Positions 36,395 through 50,533 of a stretch of DNA of 64,000 nt are shown in pieces; positions within the stretch are counted from its first letter, which is position 1; the number at the start of each line of letters is the position of its first letter. The position numbers and the translations under genes are program-made. The DNA comes from Camelus ferus (taxonomy: Eukaryota), in contig NC_045696.1 in assembly GCF_009834535.1 (NCBI RefSeq), positions 43,216,001-43,280,000 of the forward strand, in the 5' to 3' direction. A model generated the notes under the pieces. The model did not search any database. It saw nothing but the letters and a program-made list of their open reading frames with translations, and was not told the DNA's origin.

Positions 36395-37230
36395 TTTAAC
36401 TTGTTATTGAATGATAACATATGAAGTTTACAAATCTTAAATGTAACGACCAATGTAATTTCAAAAGTATATCTCTCTAGAACTATCACCCATATCAAGA
36501 TATAGAGAATTACCAGCTCATCAGAAACATCCAGTGTGCCCTACTCAAGTCAGCAGTCACAATGTTAACCACAATAATAATGGTTATCACCAGAAACAAG
36601 GTTAGTTTGTTCGGGGCGGTGGGGGGGCGGGGAGTGTAAACAAACAAACAAAAAACCTTGGGAAAATTTTTATAAATTTGAAAAAAAGTTTTTTAAAGCA
36701 TCACTTGTAGCTTTCGTTTTCATTTTACTTATTTTTTAAGTTCCAGAATTGTATTTGGGATCTCACGTTGAATTAAATTCTTTTATTCTGGAACAGTTAC
36801 AGACTTCATTTTTCATGACACTGATATTTTTAGAGTACAGGTCAATTATTTAGTAATTTTGGTTAATTTTGGTTATCTGATGTTTCTTCATATATATTCA
36901 GATTATGCGTCTCGAAGGAAATTCAGAGTGATGCTTTGTCCTTTTTAGTATCATATCAGAAGGCACAGGTTGTTGGTTGTCCCATTATTTATGATGTTAA
37001 ATTGATCACTTAGTTAAGGTCCATCTGCCAAGTTTCTTCACTAAGATGTTGCTGTTTTTTCTCTCTAATTAATAGATCATTAGTAGAGAGAGACGCTGAA
37101 ACTATGTGAGTATTGTGTTTCTTGTCAGCCTGGCCCCACAGTTGGCAGTTTCAACACCTATTAGTGATAAATCCTGAATCAATTACCATAATAATAATTA
37201 CAAAATGGCCTAAAGTAGTCAACTGATTAA
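36395..37230 (-). mobile_element. Ancient L1MC/L1ME 3' region
   Basis: ATCATATCAGAAGGCACAGG...GATGTTAAATTGATCACTTAGTTAAGG. Confidence 0.65.
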
Positions 37231-38484
37231 AAATAAACTAGTTTTTACCTTAAGATGACTTTTTTATAAAAGATTAAATAATTTAAACATTTTCTAAAAT
37301 AATCATGGAGGCATTCTATTATTGGAAAAGACATTTTGGGTGAAAATAGTCTTGAAAGTGTTAGGTGAAAACAGTCACACTAACTTGTGTGGTTTAGGCG
37401 TAGGCATTAGTGGAGACAGCAACAAAATATCTGCACAAAAGGAACAGATTTAAAAGATGGGGAGAGGGGTCTGCATAAGTTACCAGTCGTTTGCATGTGT
37501 TAGCTCTGCATGGGCCTGCTGCACCACAAGGCAGAAATAACAGGAATATCTACCATAAGAGTTTACTTAACATTATTATTATTCATAATACTCTGGGAGT
37601 TTAACTAGATTTAGGAATTCTTAAAATAAGGTTGATATTTGGGATTCAGGGAAATCAATGAGAATTTTCCCAGAGAGAGCACTTTTCATGGAAACAGAAG
37701 AGAGCTCAGGACTAATGTATAAGAAACACCAAATTTGAAAGGGCATAAAACAGAAGGAATTCAGAAACACTTTGCAAAAAAGTAGAATAATGAGAGGGTC
37801 TGAGTATGCAACAGTGAAAATCAAAGGCACTGCTCCTGCCTTTGGGGTGGGATGAAGCTAGGGGACTCATTAGGGCACCTAATCTGGGGAAGAGAGGGTG
37901 GTCAGAGAAGATTTCCAGAGAAAGGGACCATCTATGCTAAGACTGAAGGGAAGGAAGGAATCTGAAGAGTGACATTCCAATTAGAGGGAGCATCACATAA
38001 CGAGCCACTGGGACTAATCATAGTCCAGTTGAACTGTCACCTCGGAACGCAGTGTGGTATGAGGTGACAGGGAAGAAGGGAGGAGGCAGGAATAGGAGGA
38101 GCCTTGGAGGTTACAGTTAACAGTTTGCCTGTATAAGGCAATAGAGAACTAATACTGAGGTTTACTTTAGGTAAGGGCTTGATCAACTTAAGACATGGTT
38201 TATTTTAAGAAGAGCCAATGAAACATCACAAGAGAGTAAGGATCAAATCCTAGATTTATCTGTTATTACCTGTGGGAATTGAGATAGGCTACCTTCCCTT
38301 TAAAATGGGTATAATACCAACCTCTTCAGGTTGTTGAGATGCTTGAATAAAGAAAACTTTTATTGTGCCTACACCTACAATCTGCAAAATCCATTAGCTT
38401 TGAAGAACTTACACTGTTGACTACATACCTCTCAGGTAACCCGTGTCATTTTTTTTTTTTTTTGGATCACTTGTTTTTTTAGCT

Positions 38485-38898
38485 GCAGTTATGGTGGACA
38501 CTCAGACTCACCTCAGTCTAACAAAGTCCTGAAAATGGTGTACTGTGCATCTTTCTGTTGGATGCCAGGGTCTTCTCTGAGAATCTGATAACCAGTGATA
38601 GCTAATGTCCCAGAAAGGCTCTCAAGAATAGGGGGCAGAGACAGTAGATAAATTCCACATCCTCCCGTCCTTCAAGCAGACTGTTGTGTGTGCTTCTCAG
38701 AAAGTCCCAGCAGGAACAAAGCTCCCCCACCCCTCTGCTTACAGGACTGTTCTCATTAGTGCATGCTTATACAGGCTCTTTCTTTTCCCTGTATCACTCT
38801 TTCTGACTTCTCACTTATGCTTTCTGAGATCACCTTCTAAATCAACTATCTACTCCCAACTACTTCCAGACTAATTTGAAGGACACTCAAACTAAGAT
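38485..38898 (+). mobile_element. LTR33-like (ERVL) LTR
   Basis: CTCAGAAAGTCCCAGCAGGAACAAAGCTCC, GCTTTCTGAGATCACCTTCTAAATCAACTA and end AAACTAAGA. Confidence 0.7.
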
Positions 38899-39322
38899 TC
38901 TACCCTATTATATTTCAAAAGAACCCATTTCATCAACTGATTAATTCTATCACTTTAAATTGCTGGATTTCTAATCTAGTCTAACATAATCTACTCTACT
39001 ATAGTGTATTATTTTTACCTATATACCTATCTATACCTATAAAAGTTTATACCTATAAACCCCAAAGCCATTCTGCCATCCAAAGCCTCTTTACCTACCT
39101 TTCACCTTACATAATTAAAAAAAAGAATCTGATGAACTAGATTATCTCAATTATGCCATCATGATCTAAAGGAGATTTTTGAAAGTGTGTTAATTGTGCA
39201 AAAACATTAAGGATTACCTAAATATAGTGCTTGATGCATTTTGGACTACCTCAAATATTAATGAGTTTGAACTCTACAAATCACCAATACTTTAGAGAAT
39301 TTAGAAGTGTCATTGAGTTCAA

Positions 39323-39901
39323 ATGTTTGGCAGACACTACAGTTGCCTGTCCCACAGCCATACACCGCTCCTCACCTGACCCCCACACACCTTTTTCCCT
39401 ACTAATATCATTATGACATTCCTAGGGAGTAGATCAACACCCACTGGTCTAGAAAAGGTAAATCCCAAAAGAATACATCATTATGTGTATGATTAAGTCT
39501 GTCGTGGAAACGCATTTCATTTAGCTGTGGTTAGCGTAAGAGAAAGCAAGTAACACTACTCTGACCAACAAGAGGTAAGAAGTCTGTCTACTAGGGTAAA
39601 ACTGAGGCTTTCACTCCGTGGAGGGCAAAACAAAACAAAACAAAACCCCTCAACTGTACCTAAGGCAAGAGCTTCAACGTTTTCCTAATTCCTGCCTTGA
39701 ATATGGCCAAGAATTTTGAAACAAAATTAGAAGTAACTTGAATTACTGATGGCATACTTGGACAGCTGAATTAGCACGTGTAACTATCTATATTCAGAGT
39801 CCATATTTACGAGGAAAAACTACTTTTCAAACTATCACCTAGTAGTTTAAGAAATAAAGCTGTCTATTTACTTCAGGCTGAAGCCATTCACAAGAAATAC
39901 A
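39323..39901 (+). mobile_element. Old MLT1 (MaLR) LTR
   Basis: Starts TGTTTGGCAGACAC; ends TTTACTTCAGGCTGAAGCCATTC...AATACA. Confidence 0.5.
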
Positions 39902-39929
39902 GGGAGGAAAAAGGAAGGTTGATGATAAT

Positions 39930-42320
39930 TTTTTTCTTGCAGCTTATTTGCCATCTGTATACCTTCTCTGCTGAAGTGTCTTTTAAGGTCTTTGGCCCAT
40001 TTTTAAATTGGGTTGTTTTCTTACTGTTGAGTTTTAAGAGTCCTTTGTATATTTTGGATAACAGTCTTTTATTTGACGTGTCTTTTGTAACTATTTTCTT
40101 CCAGTCTGTAGCTTGTCTTCTCATTCTCTTGATGTTGTCTTTTGGCGAGCAGAAGCTTTTAACGTTAATGAAGTACAGCTTCAAGTTAACATTGATCAGT
40201 TGTTTCTTCCATGGGTAGTTTCTTTAGTGTTGTATCTGAAAAGACATCACCGTACCTGAAGTCATCTAGGTTTTCTCCTAGGAGTTTTATAGCTTTTTGC
40301 ATTTTACATTTGGGTCTATAATCCATTTTGAGTTAATTTTTTGTGAAGGATGTAGTCTATATCGAGATTCTTTTCTTTGCATGTAGATGTCCAATTATTT
40401 CAGCACCATTTCTGGATGAAACTGTCTTTGCTCCATTATGCTGCCCTTGCCATTTTGTCAAAAATCACTTATCTATATTTATGGCTGTCTATTTCTGGGC
40501 TATTTTGTTCTGTTAATCTATTTATCTGTTCTTTCACCAGTACCACACTAACTTTGGCTTTATAGCAAGTCTTGAAGTGGGTAACATCTGTCCTCTGACT
40601 TTGTTCTTCTCCAACAATATTGTGCTGGCTACTCTGGTATGCTTTTGCCTCTGCACATGAATACAATAGTATTCTACATACAAACTTTAGAATCAACTTG
40701 TTGATATCCAAAATATAACTTGCTGGAATTTTCATTGGGATTGCATTGAATCTGTAGATCAAGGTGGGAAGAACTGACATCTTGACAACATTGAGTCTTT
40801 CTATTCATGAACATGGAATAAATTTTATTTAGTTCTTTGATTTTGTTCATTTGAGTTTTGTAGTTTTTCCCAAATAGATCGTGTACATGTTTTGTTAGAT
40901 TTATACCTAAGTATTTCATTTTGGGGGGTGCTAGTGTAAATGGCATTGTGCTTCTAAATTCAGATTTCCCTTGTTCAGTGTTAACATATGGGAAAGCAAC
41001 TGGCTTTTGTGTATCAGTTAGGTATCTTTAATAAATTCTTTTGGATATTCTACATAGATGATTATGTCTTCTGAGAACAAATATGGTTTATGTCTTCTTT
41101 CTCAAAGTGTATACGTTTATTTCTTTTCTTATTGGATTAGCAAGAACTTCCAATATGATGTTGGAAAGGAGTGGTGAGAGGGGGCATCCTTGCTTTGTAC
41201 CTGATCTAAGTGAGAGCTTCAAGTTTATCATCATTAAAAGCATTGTTACCTATGGATTTTTGTAAATATCTTTTATCAGGTTGAAAATGCTCTCCTCTAT
41301 TCCTAGTTTGCTGAGAGATTTTATCATGAATGGGTGTTGAATTTTGTCAAGTTCTTTCTGTACCTATTGATATGATCATGTGTTTTTTGTTTTTTTTTTT
41401 TTTTACTTTGTTGACATGATGGATTACATTTTTGAAAGTCAAACTAGCCTTGCATACCTGAGATAAATCCTACTTGGTCATGGTTTATAATTCTTTGATG
41501 AGTTCCAGTAGTTTTTTTGTGGTGTCTTCAGGATTTTCTCTGCAGTCTTTATATAGCCGTTATATAGTCTTTCATATAGTCTTTTAGTGAGCATATATCT
41601 CTGGACCATGAATTTCACAAGTTACTCAGTTTTTCTTTTTTTCTGCCTCTTTCGGTGAGACAGGCGGCTAGAGCGGGCTGCATTTGGGTATTTTCTCCCA
41701 CGTGGAAGGCTAGATTCCCCTGGATTTGGGGATTTCTTTTTCCTGTGTTAGTTAGGCCCCAGTAATCCCAGCTGGTTAGGGTCTGGCTGACTAGCTTTCT
41801 TTGTGGGCAGGCCTTGTTGAGAAGAACAGAGTGCTCTGGTGTGTTTCTAAATGGTACCTTTCGGCTCCCCTTGCTGGAAGCTTAGAAAGGGAATTCTCTC
41901 TGCGGGAACCTGGTCAAACTTCTCAGTGCAATTCTCACAGTAATGCCAGGGTCCTCCTATAACTGAGTCCTTATGGTATGTTTAACTCACAGTGGTCCAC
42001 ACCGAGCTTCCAGGCATTTATCCGTTGCTGGTCAGGTTTTCCCACCCCTGCACTGGTTCCCCTGCTGGTGCGCACCTGTGAATGCGCTGCCTTAAGTTAC
42101 TTTCTGTATTTGCCAGCCAGTCTCTCCAACATTGGGGGGGGGGGGGTTACCCTGTGTCTTTCCCTCTTCTATGGATCCAAAAAGAGGTGATTTTTCAGTC
42201 TTTTCAGCTTTTTATTTGTAGTTATGACAGAGTGGTGATTTCCAAGCTCCTTACATGCAGAATAGGAAACTGGAAGTCTTCTGACAGTTTTTGTTTCATG
42301 CATTTTAGGACTGTTTTATT
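39930..42320 (-). mobile_element. L1MB-like ORF2 plus 5' region (internally deleted); 5' tip continues at ~42770-42980
   Basis: Minus-strand ORFs 39888-40184, 40469-40780 and 40674-40946 are ORF2 fragments ([21 protein letters not shown]). Confidence 0.88.
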
Positions 42321-42327
42321 AGGTGCC

Positions 42328-42765
42328 TATGTTAATTACCCAGGGCTGCCATAATAAAGTATCAAAAACTAAGTGGGTAAGACAACAGAAAGGTATTGCC
42401 TCACATCTCTGGTGGCTTGAAATCTGAAATCAAGGTATTTGCAGGACCTGCTCCCCTGAGAACTATAGGGGAAATGCTTCTTTGCCTCTTCCTAGCTTCA
42501 GGCACCAATCCTTGGCATTTCCTGGCTTAGTTTTTGCCTTTGTTATTACACGGTGTTCTCTCCTTGTGTCTGTGTCTCTGTGTCTTTTCTATTCTTCTTA
42601 TAAGGATGTCAGTCTTATTAGATTATAGGCTCACTCTATTGTAATATGACCTCATCTTAACTAATTACATTGGCAATGTTTCTATTTCCAAATAAGGTCA
42701 CATTATGAGAACCAGAGGTTAAAACTTCAAATATCGTTTTAGTGGATACAATATAATCCATAGCA
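42328..42765 (-). mobile_element. MLT1A-C-type MaLR solo LTR
   Basis: CAGGGCTGCCATAATAAAG and GACCTCATCTTAACTAATTACATT...TTTCCAAATAAGGTCACATT. Confidence 0.85.
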
Positions 42766-43724
42766 GGTGTGTGCTAGGAGAGGGAGCTGGACAAGCTAGA
42801 AAATCAAAATGCTTGCTGTTCTGAGATTTTGCTGTTTTTCCTAAATAAACGTTCTCCAGATTGCTAAAATTCTTTGATTCATTTCCAGAGTTCTGAGATG
42901 TTGATTTTGACAATTTTGCCAATGTTCTCATTGCTATTATGAGGAAGTTTTCAGTGTTTCTCACTCTACATTTCTTGCATATATCATTCCCTAATATTTT
43001 TTAAATGTGTGATCTAGGACCCAGAATGCTTTGGGCATTACACTGGGCTCTGAAATATCTTAGTTATATGTCCTTGGGCGAGTTTTGTTTTTTTTTAACT
43101 CACTGTATGAATTTTCTCATCTGTAACATACATACAATAGTGAGGCACATTGAATTGTTATAATAATTAAATGTGGGAATAATACGTGAAAAGCACATAA
43201 ACAGTGCATCACAAATATAATTTATCTATTGTTATTTATTCTATAAATATTGGTTAAGTATACACAGCATATGTAACCTCTGTTATTAGTTTCTTTTGGT
43301 CTTCTGACCATCCTCCTAAACTTTTAGTATCTCTTCTGGAATTGAAATCTTTTACATAAAAGTTACTATGTCCATCAGCTTTTTTCTGACCATACATTTA
43401 TTAAATGTGCCATCTAGTTTCTTAGGTAAGTCAATCAATACACAAATTGAATACATCAAGAATGAGTAGAAGAACAGAATCACCTCGTAAGAAACCTCTC
43501 TCCAGATTGACATTTAACATTGGGAATTATCTGAATATGCCATTCAAGTAGAAATTATTTCCCCTTTCAAAACTCCTTTCTTAAAAGAAACAAACAAACA
43601 AATAACAACAACAGGAACAAAACAGACTGAGAGAGGTTTGAAATGATGGTGGGAGAACAGCTGAACTCTATAACTTGTCTGTCCCAGTAGCACTGCCAAA
43701 AATGAAAATAACTCAGGCTAAGAA

Positions 43725-44264
43725 TGGAAACAGCCTAAATATCCATCAGCAGATGACTGGATAAAGAAGTTGGGGTATATTTATACAATGAAATACTACT
43801 CAGCCGTAAAAAATAAAAAAACAATACCATTGCAGCAACATGGATGGACCTGGAGATTGTCATTCTAAGTGAAGTAAACCACAGGAGAAAGAAAAATACC
43901 ATATATCACTTATATATGGAATCTAAAAAAAAAAAAAAAAGACAAATGAACTTACTTACAAAACAAACAGACTCACAGACATAGAAAACAAACTTGTGGT
44001 TACCGGGGGGAAGAGGAAGGAAGGGATAAATTTGGAGTTCAAGATCTGCAGATACTATCTAATACCTATAAAATAGATAAACAACAAATTCATACTGTAC
44101 AGGGAATATATTCAAAATCTTGTAGTAACTTATGGTGAAAAAGAATATGAAAACAAATATATGTATGTGTGTGTATAACTGAAGCATTATGCTCTAAACC
44201 AGAAATTGACACAACATTGTAAACTGACAATACTTCAATAAAAAATATATATATACAAAAAAAA
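43725..44264 (+). mobile_element. 5'-truncated cetartiodactyl-type L1 3' end
   Basis: ATGGAAACAGCCTAAATATCCATC...ACACAACATTGTAAACTGAC...AATAAAAAA; related to the 15341 copy. Confidence 0.92.
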
Positions 44265-45202
44265 GTGATATCATGTTGTTACCCTTTGTAAGTGTACATA
44301 CTGAAAATTAAATCAGTTTTATAAAATTTTAGAAAATAAGCCTTTAATCCTTTTTCTGTGAGTTTTAAAAATACTTTTTTTATCCCAAATTAACAATCAT
44401 GGCAAGGAAAATATCAAACCTATTTAACGTATGAAAGTCTTGAGACTCAGAAAATAAATCACTTATGACTTATCCGAGTTCACATAACTGGCATAGGGAA
44501 CAGCACTAAGGTGATAACCTGAGATTGTCTGATTCTGATGGTCCAGCGAAGAGGCCACATTTGGAGATGGAGACAATTATCAGGCTGCCTGTTTTGTTCT
44601 AAATTGTTCATTTTGCCTGATTCACTTTTATGTTGATGTCATCAAACTATTTTCTCATTTAAATCCCCACAATGATACCTGAGGACAAATTTATTAAAAC
44701 ACTGAACTTGAATTTATTAAAACACTTGCCTGGTGCACAATTTGTATTTGAAATGTTTGGTGAATGAAGAAATGGCTGAATGGCCGAGAGGATGGACTTC
44801 CAGTCTTCCTCTTCCCTGCTTTTACCCACGGACATTCACTCATATCTACTCCCATTGTCTTTTACCTCCTCTGGATTCAAAATGCTTTAACTAAATTATT
44901 TTGCTTTTGTCTACGCAAAACATCCCACATGTTCCATTACTCACTTCTCTTTTTGCTCGTCTCGCACCAAATGATATTTTTACGTTTGTCTCAGTAGCAG
45001 CTAGTCAGCGACCACCTTAAAAACAGGTATTAGTGCTGTTATCAACTTTTGTATCACAGTGTTTGTAATAGAAAACCTGCTCAATAATTTTTTTTCAACT
45101 AATGAAAGTTAAAACATTTGTTTAAAGTACCAGCTATATTTCACAAAGTTCATACCTAGTGCAATTGGTTTACATTTGAATAAAAAATATATATATAAAA
45201 CT

Positions 45203-45560
45203 TGTCTCAGTCACTTTGGACTGCTATAATGAAATATCAGACTGGTAGCTTAAAAACTATTGAAATTTACTTCTCACAGTTCTGAAGGCGGGAAGTCCAA
45301 GATCATGATGTCAGCATGGTTGAGATCTGGTGAAAGTCCTCTCATTGTAATCTCACTTGGCAGAGAGCAGAGAGAGGAAGCTGGCTCTCTGGTTGATGCC
45401 TTTATAAGGGCACTAATCCCATCATTAGGGCTCCACCCACCCTCATGATCTCATCTAATCTTAACTTACTCCAAAGGCCCCATCTCCCAGTACTATCACA
45501 TTCATAGGTAGGGTTTCAACATGCCAATTTGGAAGGCTAGGATACATTCAGTCCATAACA
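45203..45560 (-). mobile_element. MLT1A-type MaLR solo LTR
   Basis: TG...CA termini; perfect 5-bp TSD AAACT (45198-45202 and 45561-45565); CTCACAGTTCTGAAGGCGGGAAGTCCAAGATCA. Confidence 0.9.
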
Positions 45561-48500
45561 AAACTATGTATGTGATATGTTATATATTTTAATATTTTAT
45601 TATGCTATATGTCTACACTATAAACATATATTTATGCTTTATTTATATTCACAGCAATTACAATCTTCATCTATATAGAGTATTGCAATTAATGATGAAA
45701 TAGAATAGGGATATTAAAATATCAAAATAATTTATATAAACACAACCTGAAAAGTACCAATATATTTAGTTCTTACTAAAAGTTTTCAAATTTAATTAGA
45801 CATTTAAAACTTTTATTTAGCTGCATATATTTGAGAGCACTTCATCAGTAACCACTTCAAATGCTTAAAGTGCAATAATTAATTATCCCTTCCTCACCAA
45901 ATGGCTCAGTAAATGAGCCTTGCTCTTCCTCTTCTGTAAATGCAACCCTAAGTGGGTGAAGTTCACATGACATCTTAGCAGCCAATTGTTTTTTTTTTTT
46001 AAATGGAAGGAGTGTATTTTAAAATATTTTTCTAATAATTTCTTTAAATACATTATTTTAAAGAGAAAATATTAATACCAATGGATATCTGAGAGACAGG
46101 TGCAATGTTCAGTTGAACCACCATGTATTATAGGCCGAGTTTTCTATTTCATTCTCTTTGAATGTCTGCCTACGTAATTTTACCCATTTGTACATTTTTC
46201 TACATGCATAAATAGTGTCTTTTACTAAATTAGACATGTAAACTTGAGGCCAATTCCTTGCTCTAGGTCTTAGTTTATTTGTTGTATAAAGTTATATCCA
46301 TTTTGGAGAGCTGTTAAATTGATTTAATGTAAAGTCCTTAGCATAGTGCTGGACACATTGGATATTCAAGTGATGAGATCCCTCCCCTACAGCTACATCA
46401 ATTAGCAGTTCTATATCTATTCATATTTATACTGTCCAAGGATGGACAAGATAGTGTACTGGTGGCTTGCATAAATCTAATAATGAAAAGTTAACTGGTA
46501 TAATACAAGTTCTTTAGCCAAAGGCTTGAGCTTCAAACCACAGTTATGACTGTAAAGGATCAACTCATGATCAACGTCATGTGTTTCTCCTTTTGCCAAA
46601 TTCCTGTATAAATTGCTCTTTCCTCAAGTATCTAAATTCAGTCCCAATTCTCTTTGTCTCCTCAGCAGATAAAATTAGTATGTCTTTTACAAAAAAAGTT
46701 TCAGGTGACATAATATGAACTCCATGAACTTTCTACTCTTCAGCCTGAGGCTGTCTGTCAATTTATCCTTATTTACATGCACAGTATGTTCTACACTGTT
46801 GAGCCCATTTTTGTCTCTTCTCCAGATTAAAAAAAAAAAATTGCTTGCATTGTCAGTATAAGCCACAAAACATCCTCTAATGAGAAATATAATGATTGTA
46901 TCTCACCAGTCAAGAATATTAACAGAATAGAAAAAAAGTAGGGATTTTTTTCTATAGTTATTTAGTCTATAATTGAAAACAAAATTTCAATCATTTTTTT
47001 TTTCACTTAGATCTTTGCTCACAGTGATATACAGTGATGCTCTAACTTGGCTGCTCCCTCTGTTCATGATTTTACCCAGGTAGGACAGATTTATGGCAGA
47101 GGTCTGAACTATAAATTAAAATCTGCCATGGTTAATCTGATAAATGTTCCACAGAGCTGGCACAATCGTGTCCTTATAAGAGAAGCAATACTCTCCACTG
47201 CGTATGTGTTTGTTCTGTGGAAACCATGACTGTATTCAAAGCCTTAATTGAAAATGTATCTAAAATGTAATCATGTGTAAAAATTGTTTTAAAAGCGTAT
47301 TTTTAGAAAATACAGTTCAGATAAATTATATTTCTTTCCATAGGCTACATCCTGTAGAAAACAGGAAAATCGGCCAGCAAAAATTGGGGCATGACTAGAC
47401 TCAAAAATGAGATGCCCTGATAGGTTTGCCTGCCAGCAGTGTTGCAGTTCTGACTAGCAGATGATCATTTGGCACCTTAGAACATGGGAATGATTGACTC
47501 TACACGACCAACCTTTCACAGATCCTAAACTGGTGCAGGTAGAGGTAGGTAATTACTGCAGCTACCCAAGGGGAAAAGCGGGAGCAGGTGTTGGGCTGCC
47601 AGCTCAGCTCGAGTTTCAACTCATTTCAAATATAAATGTAGCTCGTGGTAGAAGCCAAGAAATTTGGGTCTGTTGAGACTTTTGCCATCTCAATTTGGGG
47701 GATTATAATTGAGTTTTTGCCCCTCTGACCTGATTCTTTCTAATGCATTGCCTACACGGGGAACTTTACATTTTAACTTTTCTCTAAGCTCTTTGTGTTT
47801 TTGTTGAGTCACTGAGGATAGAACTCACATGCTGTTTCAGTAACAACTGACAAATCTGTCTTTTGAGAGATTTACTGCATCAGCTAGCTTGACAGAGAGC
47901 TGATCACCGAAAAGATAGATCTATTTGCTTCATGGAGTTCTTTATGCTCGGTTACAGCTAGAGAAGGACTGGAGTGGGGGAGGCGGGTGAGTAAGTGCAA
48001 AAGAAAGTGATTTTTTTTTAATGGGCAAATTAAAATGATGAGAAAGAACCTAGGTAGGAAAAAATGATATTTTTTTTTCTTTAAAAAAAAAAAAACTAGT
48101 AGGAAAAATGTAATCATCAAGTACTCAATGTGATGAATCCTGATTTATTACTCACAATGTTCTCTTGCGTCTCAGGGTCATTCACCGCCTTCTCTTGTTC
48201 GTACTTATTGATATGTGTGTGCACGTTGTACATTCCTGTAAAGATGTCTCATCTTCCAAGCACTTGTCTTACTGACTCTGAGGCTTGTCTTCTTAAAGGT
48301 CAAATTTGGGCACTGGAGGGTGTTTAGTTGTTAACTTTTCTGTTTAGCTATTCTTAATGGGAACCAAAAAGTGTGCTCTCTTAAAAGCATCACGTGTTTT
48401 CCTATTTTTGTAACCAGAAACTACTGAGCATAACTGGCCTTTTCTAATGACACAGAGATACTACTATGAGCACATTGCCTTAAACTGTTGCACCTATGAA

Positions 48501-49469
48501 TTTTCACAGCCTACTGCGGAATCTAGAACCATTTGCCCTACAATAAATGGATGTGCTTCACAAAGTTCTTTCATGTTTAAACAGGTATTTATTTTGTTAC
48601 TTCAATTTCAGGCAGTAGATTTTTCACTTCTTACAACTGCTTTAAAACTGCTTCTTCCTGCACCCACTAATTTGCCCCGTGCCACACGCTCTGGCCTGCG
48701 AAAAGAGATATTTGCCTTCGTAGAATTGTGTGCAAAATTATCTTTGAAAATCTCATCTAAGAGTTAACCACAAGAAGTTTGTGCATTAGTTTATTGCTAA
48801 GAGGAATTTTTTTGTGTTTTATTCTGGATTCCAGTCATATTCCAGATAGTCAAGGTTTTTGAATATCAAACCTTAAAAAGTGATATATTAATCTTTTTTG
48901 TGTGTTTTTGCTACAATCCTTTTGATTTAAATTTATTTCATTTGACATCATTTCCTACTTGGATTTTCCCTCATTCCCTGAGATAAAATTGATATTTTAT
49001 CTTCCAACTCCCAGAGGTCTAATCTGTTATATTGGCTAGATGACTGTCTGGCATTAATTTATGTGAGAAAATTACTCTGCTTGAGTCCTATAAATTTTCT
49101 CTTAGCGTTATTTTATGTATCTACCAGATTCTATTATGATTAAGGCTAACACAGTCTTTTTTTCTTATGTAGCATATATTAAACAGAACTTAAATAGCCT
49201 AATTCATTTTTCATACATAATTTATAACTTCCAAATTCTAATTTATAACTTTCAATTTCTGTGATCATTTTTGGAACACAATTGCCAATCAAGAGGAGAT
49301 TCCTAGAATAAGAAAATAATGAAACTTAAAGAGGTCCCAGGGAGTTTTAAAGACATGAAATTTCTAATTTTATATATCATTACTGATATATTGACATGTG
49401 TATTTTCTGGGAGTGTTTTCAGAAATTTTGTCATTGCATAGTAATCTTACCACAAGTATTTGGATTATA

Positions 49470-50110
49470 TAGATTATAATTCCAGTCTCGCCTTCATCAC
49501 TTATAAGTGTGTATCTTGAGAACCTGAATCAGTTGTCTAAGGGTCCATTTCTCCTCCATAAAATGATGGTAGTATTTACTTTAGAGAGTGAGATGATTTG
49601 TACAAACACCTAGCAACACACTGCCTAAATGGTGGTTGCTCAATAAATTATATTTTTATTATCTGGCTGTTTCAAGTCTTCTCTACTATTACTTATACTC
49701 TGTTTATATATTTTATTCTTAGTGGATTTGAAAAAAAAAAATAGGTAAGCATTCCCCAAAATAACCCTTTGATGTCTATTGATCAAACTTGAGCTATCCT
49801 TTTGACTCTTCTTCAGCCATGATTACTTCTTTACTTTTAATTTCTTGTCATCAGTCTCTTTTCAATATAACCCCTAGGACATCACATAGATTCAGGTGCA
49901 TTTGTGGAATTTGGAGCAAGGTACTTATTAAATCTGTGACTTTGGGCTGGATGTGTAAACTTAGGTGCTTCTGTAATCTCACATGTGAATGGAGATAAGA
50001 AATACCTACCTTGTAAGTGTTGTAAAGGTTAAATAAGTTAATATATGTGAAAGTTCGTAACACAAAGCCTCCCAAATTGGGACATTCACAAACAGCACTT
50101 TTCTTCTTGT
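49470..50110 (+). mobile_element. Two MIR fragments (~49470-49660 and ~49930-50110)
   Basis: ATTTCTCCTCCATAAAATGATG; TCTGTGACTTTGGGC...AATACCTACCTTGTAAGTGTTGTAAAGGTTAAATAAG. Confidence 0.7.
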
Positions 50111-50408
50111 AGGTGTGCTTGGGGCCCTGCAGCAAGTTCCACACAAAGCAGACACTAAGGATTCCCTGTCCTGAGGCACCTCTTATTCCTATGATTTCTT
50201 CAGAGCCTTTCTCATTTGTGACTTTACAAATCCTTTTCCTACAGTGTATTATTCTAATGCTTTAACCTGGTTAGTCATTGGCCTCCTTCCACAGCTATGA
50301 TTTCTATTCCCCTCCTGATTATGTTTGGTTATTTTTTTGTTTTTTTTTTAAATAATGTGATGGTCACTGGATATCATAGAGCTCTCTGGATCTGTTAGAA
50401 TCTTATCC

Positions 50409-50533
50409 TTTTTTTCTTTCTTTTTTTTTTAAATTGAAGTATAGTCAGTTAACAATGTTGTGTTAACTTCTGGTGTACAGCACAATGTTTCAGTCATCCA
50501 TATACACACACATATTTCTTTTCATTACAGGTT
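50409..50533 (-). mobile_element. Very short young L1 3' end
   Basis: PolyT followed by AATTGAAGTATAGTCAGTTAACAATGTTGTGTT, the antisense of the L1 terminus. Confidence 0.85.

Noticed and set aside
44258..44275. AAAAGTGATAT after this L1 tail matches the 3' flank of the full-length L1, suggesting a source/offspring link
   Set aside because: Only ~7 bp match beyond the A run, the 3' UTRs belong to different subfamilies, and the same word recurs at ~48877.
47840..47992. Good donor CGG|GTGAGT with an upstream open frame (LDRELITEKIDLF...)
   Set aside because: No convincing acceptor or start for that frame and no recognisable protein.
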